Source: Lama glama
Lineage: Eukaryota
Direction: 5' to 3'
DNA: 64,000 nt
Assembly (NCBI GenBank): GCA_028534125.1
Contig: CM052826.1
Coordinates: 20,026,001 to 20,090,000, forward strand
This document shows, one piece after another, positions 58,099-64,000 of this stretch; positions within the stretch are counted from its first letter, which is position 1; every line of letters begins with the position of its first letter. The position numbers and the translations under genes are program-made. The notes beneath the pieces are model-generated. The model was not told the DNA's origin. It ran no database searches and worked only from the letters and a program-made list of their open reading frames with translations.

Positions 58099-60166
58099 TC
58101 AACGCCTTCTCATTGATTTAGATGAGGGGCCTGCGGCGTTGGGGGTGAGGGGTAAAGGGTGGAAACCCAAGGTCAGGCAGATTCCACTCTCAGAAGGGAA
58201 TCTAGGGCCAAATCAGGGGGGTGGACCCCTCATCTTCCTCCCCTCCCTCCCCAGCTCCAACTTACTTGGATTTGGCATCTTCAGCATCTCGATTTTGTCT
58301 AACTTAGCCCTGGTTTCACTTATGGCTAGGGGTGGGAGAGACAGAAGAAAACTGAGGTGGGGCTTCGCCACATTTACTGGAAACTCCCTGTTTGACCCCC
58401 AAGCTGGGGTGCCACAGAGCCCGTGGACTTGGAGTTTTCCAGCAGCATGTATATACTCCCTAATCCATCACCCTTCCAAATCCTGCGCTCTTGGGAGGGC
58501 GAGGCCCCACTGCCCCATCCCCCAACTCCCCAGCACCCAGCCCAACGTTGAGCACAGAGACACGTTCACCCAGTGGAGGTCGGTAAGGGCACCTCTTAAG
58601 AGTTTCTGGCTCTGTTCCTGGACCTTGTTCTTCAGCGTGTTAATGCCCTGCACTGCCATCCTGGTGTTCTGATTGAGGGTGCTCCAGGCCTCCTTCTGCA
58701 ACTCCAGGCACCCCTGCGCCGAGAGGGAGACTGAGGGTGTGGGGTGGGGATGTCTGTGTCGCCGCTCCCCTCCCTACCCGACCCGGGCCCAGGTCCTCCC
58801 TCACCATTCTGAAGCTCCCCTTTCAAGTTCAGCAGCTCCTGGGACAACTCGGAATCTGTTCAGGATGGGGGTGGAAAAGGAAAACCTTCCAATCGCCCTA
58901 ATTCTGCAGCCTTGGGAGCCAGACTTGACCTCCCCAGCTCCCGAGGACCCCTCCACACTGCCCCGACCCCTGCCCCAGTCACCAAAAACTCAAAACACTC
59001 ACTCTTCATCAGGACCAAGGCCAAGAGAATGACGCAGGACAGGGCGAGGAGGAGGGACAGGCTCACCATGGCTCTGTGCAACCAATAGAGGCCCTGGGCA
59101 GAGTCCAAGGGAGGCCTGGACTGGGATGGGACTGGGGCAGAGGCAGGACAGGTCACCTCCAGGGCCCAACACCGCCACTCGGACCATTGGCACTAACACC
59201 ATCAACAGCTCTGTCATCTACATGTGCTGTCCCCAATACCATAAACAGCTTTGGCCATCAACGACACTGCCAGCCTGGCCAGAGCCGCCAGCAATGGTCC
59301 CTAACACCATCATCATCACTCCCCTCCTTACCATCCTTGTCACTGACACCCACCAGCATCAATGCGCATTTATGGGCACTGTCCCCATTGTCCGACCTCA
59401 TCAGCACCCTCACCAGCTCTGTCTAGGTGATTCCTTCCCAATGCACTCCACGGTCACTTACTCACCATCACCGTCACCCAGATCTTCCACCAGCACATTC
59501 ACACCACCAACAAAGCTACCCCCACCACTGTCACACACAAGCCTCAACACCACGCCATCGACCTGACCCCCACGCACTGCCCCTTGTCTCAGCAGTGCTC
59601 TCCTCCAGGCCCCTCCCCAGGCAATGGGATGTGGCTCATGGGTGGCCGCTCACCCTTATTCTTGGCTGGTGAATGACTGCCCTTTGGTTGGTCGCGATTT
59701 CTGAAGGTCAACGTGAAATTCTCATAGGCAGGGTCATCTGCACCTGTGAGCAGGTCAGTGGAAGGGGCTGTGGAAACCTGCCTGCCCGGAGCGCTGGGAC
59801 AGGGATGGGAGTAGGAGAGGAGGCTCAGACATCTGGGTTCACCGAACCCTGCACACAACACACTTCTGGGGGTAAAGACAGGGAGTGGGGAATAAAGGTC
59901 AGCTTCTTGATTAAGGGGAGCGGGTGTGTGTGACCGTCTGGGTGATACACAGACACACACACTTTCTGGGTAGGGGAAGGAACCCTCTGGCCCCAACTTT
60001 CAGCTCCTTATCTCTTCTATCCCAACCTCTCCCTCTCGACCTCTCCCCTTGCCTCTCCAGGGCGAGGTGCCCAACCTTCTTTGTTGTCTGGGGATCGCCG
60101 TTTCTTGTCTTTAAAGGCTGCTGCCTGCATCTTGACCTGGTTCATGTAGATTTCCTCATTCTCCAT
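58099..60166 (-). CDS. MCEMP1: mast cell-expressed membrane protein 1, ~196 aa
   Basis: Exons 60166-60076, 59743-59654, 59131-59003 (TM), 58855-58805, 58730-58593, 58325-58266, 58130-58099; total 591 nt. Protein MENEEIY..VKMQAAAFKDKK..DPAYENFTL..SRPPLDS..SQELL resembles human MCEMP1; syntenic position. The exon 5 donor is weak and less certain. Confidence 0.88.
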
Positions 60167-60559
60167 TTTCCCCGGGGCTGCCGATTTGTCTGTATTCATT
60201 CTCCACCCACCGGAAGGTGTCTGGAAGGATGAGGAAGTCTCTGGGTTGGGGTGAGGGAAGAAAGGAGGAGTCAGCCTCCTCTTTCCAGGGATGCAGGACC
60301 CTCCCACCTCACCTTGGGCATCCTCACCTCCACCCCGGCTCAAGAGGGGTCTTAGGAGACCAGAGGTCTCAGGGAGGACCAAGAACAAGAGCCTACAGTC
60401 CCGGAAATGGAATGGAATAGTCAGGAACTTGTGGTTAAAGTGTTAACTAACACGATGGTGATGATCACATTGCAATAGACAAAGGTATCAAATCAACACG
60501 TTGTACACGTTAAACTTACACAACAGTCATATGTCAGTTGTTTTTTTTTAATTTTGCTG

Positions 60560-60683
60560 TTTATTAGCGGGAGAGATAATTAGGTTTACTTATTTATTTA
60601 CTTTTAGAGGAGGTACTGGGGATTGAACCCAGGACCTTGTGTACACTGAGCATGCACTCTACCACTTGAGCTATATCCTCCCC
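60560..60683 (-). mobile_element. tRNA-derived SINE (Vic-1-like) within an L1 3' fragment
   Basis: ataattaggtttacttatttattt...ggaggtactggggattgaacccaggacc...gagctatatcctcccc. Confidence 0.85.
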
Positions 60684-60751
60684 CATCTGTCAATTGTATT
60701 CAATAAAAATAAAGCTTTTAAAAAAGGGATGGTCAGGAAATCTATAGGAAG

Positions 60752-60754
<3 letters not shown>

Positions 60755-60795
<41 letters not shown>
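60755..60795. repeat. (TG)n microsatellite
   Basis: Perfect TG run of about 20 units. Confidence 0.95.
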
Positions 60796-60796
<1 letters not shown>

Positions 60797-61375
60797 TACC
60801 TGGATGAACCTCAACCTCCCATCTCTTGCTCTCAAGAGAAGAGATTTGACACCTCCAAGCCCTACCTTTTAGGGCAGAGGCAGTTCCTAGCCCCAGTTCC
60901 CCCTCTCGGCCCCGCCCTGAGAAGTTCTACTTCTTCAAGATCTCTTGAAGGAGAAGCGCGGGTAGGAGGCAACAGGGTCACCGAACTGCACATCCACATG
61001 TGGGACTGAGGCCAGACCTCACCTTGACCTAACTCCGGAAGCAAACCCACTCACACTCAGCCACACGTCTCCTCACCTACCCAGACTCACACACACACAC
61101 ACTTACGCACACCCTCCTGAACACCCCCAGTCACAATCTGCCCGCCTGCACGTGTGTCACCCTCATTTGCATGCTGATGCCTATTCATGGCATCACACTG
61201 TCTGCACTCTGCCTAGCTGTCTTGAAGTTCTCTTTGTCTCTCTGACCTTGAAAACTGTGGATTAAAAAAAAAATGAGACCAAGTATACAGGGAATTTTCT
61301 CTTTAGATCTAGAGCAGTGCCTTCTGATGGAAGTATAATGTGAAATGCATCATGGTTTTGGAGGGCAGGGTTTTT

Positions 61376-62033
61376 AAAAATTGAAGAATAGTTGATTTAT
61401 AATATTATATTAGTTTCAGGTGCACAGCATAGTGATTCAATACTTTTATAGATCATACTCCATGGAAAGTTATTACAAAATAATGGCTGTATTACTCTGT
61501 GCTGTACAATACACCCTTGCTTCTTACCTATTTTATACGTAGTAGTTTGTAGTTCGTTTACTGTAGTCGTCTTCAAATTGGTCACATGGTGGTCTGATCA
61601 GCACCATCTTGATTGTTTTAAGTGCAGTTAATCTTCATTTTCAGGCTCAACTTGTTCCCATTTCCTTGAGGCCAGTTCTCAGAATTGTGCAAGATGGAGC
61701 AGCTTATGTCATGGCTACACTCTGGTCATCGTGTACTTAACTTCTTCCACGTGGTGGGCATTTTAGTATCTGTAAAACGGCTCAGAGGATATGGCTCAGA
61801 ATCTTATCTGTAGCCCTTGAGGAGAAAGTAAAGGTCTTTGACTTTGCTGCATGGCTAAGCTATTATTATTTTGTCCTGTTTGACTGCTTCTCTTTGCTTC
61901 TGCATTTTTTCATTTCTTTGATTAAATGTACTTTTTTGGCTAAAGTTTTTCTAGAGACGAGAGACAGGCAGAGGACACTGAGGGGTTGGTGGTGTCTGTC
62001 CTGGGAAGGCCCCATAGGGTCCTGCTCTGTTAC
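61376..62033 (-). mobile_element. L1 3' end (61376-~61560) adjacent to an ERV LTR (~61570-62033)
   Basis: L1: ttagtttcaggtgcacagcatagtgattca; the LTR terminus reads ...cctgctctgttac. Confidence 0.6.
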
Positions 62034-64000
62034 TCTCCCTTTGGAAAAAATAAATTTGAAACTTTCTATGTGTAGGAAGTGAGTATGTTTTAGATTTAAA
62101 ATGTGTGATTAAATTCTACATAATTTTGGAATGGTCCCCAAGATCCAGTGAGGATAACATTCTCTTTCCTAAAGCATTGCCAATCTTGTCTGCTCAAGGA
62201 AGATTGATTTACTAGTGATTAGATGCCAGCTCTTGTATCTGGTCTTACAAAGACTCCACTTACTGGGAAATGTGACCCCACACCCAGCCCAACAGTCACA
62301 GAAGAGATAGGCCAATGGGGAACTGGCTTTGCTCTGATGGACAGGCACAGGGAGTGGGGCCACAGCATCACACCTTTCCCTGGCTCTGATGAGGCTGAGA
62401 CCAGGCCCCAGCCCTCTGGACTTTGAGGAAAAGTTAGTCCCCAAACGAGACCCTCAAGCAACCATGTCACAGTGGCCTAAGAGGGCTTCTGAGGTTGCCT
62501 GACCAGACTTTCACTGAGTAACTATCTCCGCTTTCTTTTAAGAAAGAAAACATGTCCTAACTAGGGATTGGTTTAGGGTGGGCATGGGATCCAAGCCCAG
62601 CCAATCAGAGTCCAAAATTTGGCACAGGGGCAGGAACATGAGCCAGACTCAACCAATGAAATTTAGTCCTGAGGCTTTTGGTGGGTCAACCAGGAAAAAG
62701 GGTATCCTCTTTCCCCCCACTCCTCACCCCACTGCCGTAAGACTGTGAGGATGTAGGCCTGGAGCTGTGACAAGAGAGAGCCTGCTTGAAAGTGAAGCCA
62801 GCACTGAGGAAAGCAGACCTGACAGGGAGTGGGGTCCTGGACACATCATTTGAGACCCTGGATCCAGCCGTACTTGAATCTGTTGTTCTAACCGTGGGCC
62901 TTTCAGTTACATAATCCAGAAATGTCCTTTCTCTTTTGCTCCAGCTAGTTTGATGTGGGTCTGGCTACTACAGGGGCCAGGCATTTGGCAAAAGAGGAAG
63001 GAGGCTTAAGAAGGGGCAGGGGTTGCCTGTCAAAGTCTGTGCTCTGGGACAGGAGGGTGACTGTTGGAACTGAGTGCTCTGAAGAGGCCTTTCTTGGGGT
63101 CCATAGAGAAGGACAATTGTGGGTCTTGGAGACAAGGGGGCATTCACATCAGGGTCTGGAGACACTGGAGTGCTCCTCCCTTCACGTCAGTGAGGGACAG
63201 GCTAGACAAGGTACTAGACTCACCCCCTCTGGTTCTTAACACACTCCTGAATCAGTGATCCCACTCCAACCCCAAGGCCGAAGTGGGATTAGGATGAAGG
63301 ACGTGGGAGGGGAGTACCTGGATCAGAGACTGGGTGGATGCCACAGGCACCGGGAGTGTTTGTGACCTCAGCTCATGGCCACCGGGATCAGACATCATAG
63401 CGGGTAGTTGCCAGTGGGAGGAGAGTCCAAAACATCTTGAAAGCCAGAACTCCACCCTGTCCTCCATTCTCCAGCCTGAGGAGTATGCTGGGGACTGTGA
63501 CGTTTACCTCTGGGGTCCCTTTTAAGATTGAGCACCAAGTGTTCTGAATTCTCTGCCTGCATCTCTCAGGGACTGGCTTTTAAGACTCCTGGGTTAGGAT
63601 TCTAAAGGAACTAGACCTTGAATCACCTGGGTTTGTGCCCCTCTCCCTGTGATGCTGAGGATTTCCCTTCTAGGGTTTGACTCCAAACTGAGACGGTGTC
63701 ATTGGGTGGGGGCGGGACTTGATGTTGGAAGTATGAGAGTCTATCTGAGGCATACATGTGTCTGTGTGTCCCTGGGTCTCTCCGTTCGGTAGGCATGTGT
63801 GTATCTGTGGGTGGGGTGTCTCTGTGTAACCATGGTAACTGGGTTTTGTACTGTGCGTGCACATGGCCATGAGTAACTACGTATGTGCATGTAGTGTGTG
63901 CACCTAGGTGGTGTAGCCACATGTGTGTGGTTATTTATTCAACAGACATTTCCCGAACACCTTCTATCTACCAAGCTCTTTCTAAGAGCCAGATACATCA

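Noticed and set aside
59126-59566. Thr/Pro/Ser-rich ORF in MCEMP1 intron 2
   Set aside because: Antisense to MCEMP1, CAC/CAT low complexity, and no evident splice context.
60400-64000. RETN (resistin), expected next by synteny
   Set aside because: No resistin-like Cys-rich exons seen; it probably lies beyond the window.

Overview
Mammalian genomic DNA, most likely camelid judging by the tRNA-derived SINE family. It holds the C-type lectin cluster syntenic with human 19p13.2. Five intact genes were reconstructed by hand from GT-AG junctions and reading frame: CD209/DC-SIGN-like (+, 8 coding exons, 249 aa), CLEC4G/LSECtin (+, 9 exons, 290 aa), FCER2/CD23 (+, 10 coding exons, 289 aa), TRAPPC5 (-, 188 aa) and MCEMP1 (-, 7 exons, ~196 aa). 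Intergenic DNA is mostly L1, SINE, MaLR/ERV LTR and DNA-transposon remnants, with four N gaps. The most unusual signals are in FCER2: (i) a ~57-bp, ~90%-identical inverted repeat bracketing the last coding exon; (ii) a mucin-like 12/60-bp tandem repeat in frame with the lectin-domain exon, behind phase-matched alternative acceptors; (iii) an apparently destroyed CD23b donor with an in-frame replacement 39 nt downstream; (iv) an EPN, tail-less lectin domain with a fossil tail in the 3'UTR. An orphan CpG-island promoter between CD209 and CLEC4G points antisense towards CD209. No database searches were run; comparisons to human proteins and repeat families are from recall.
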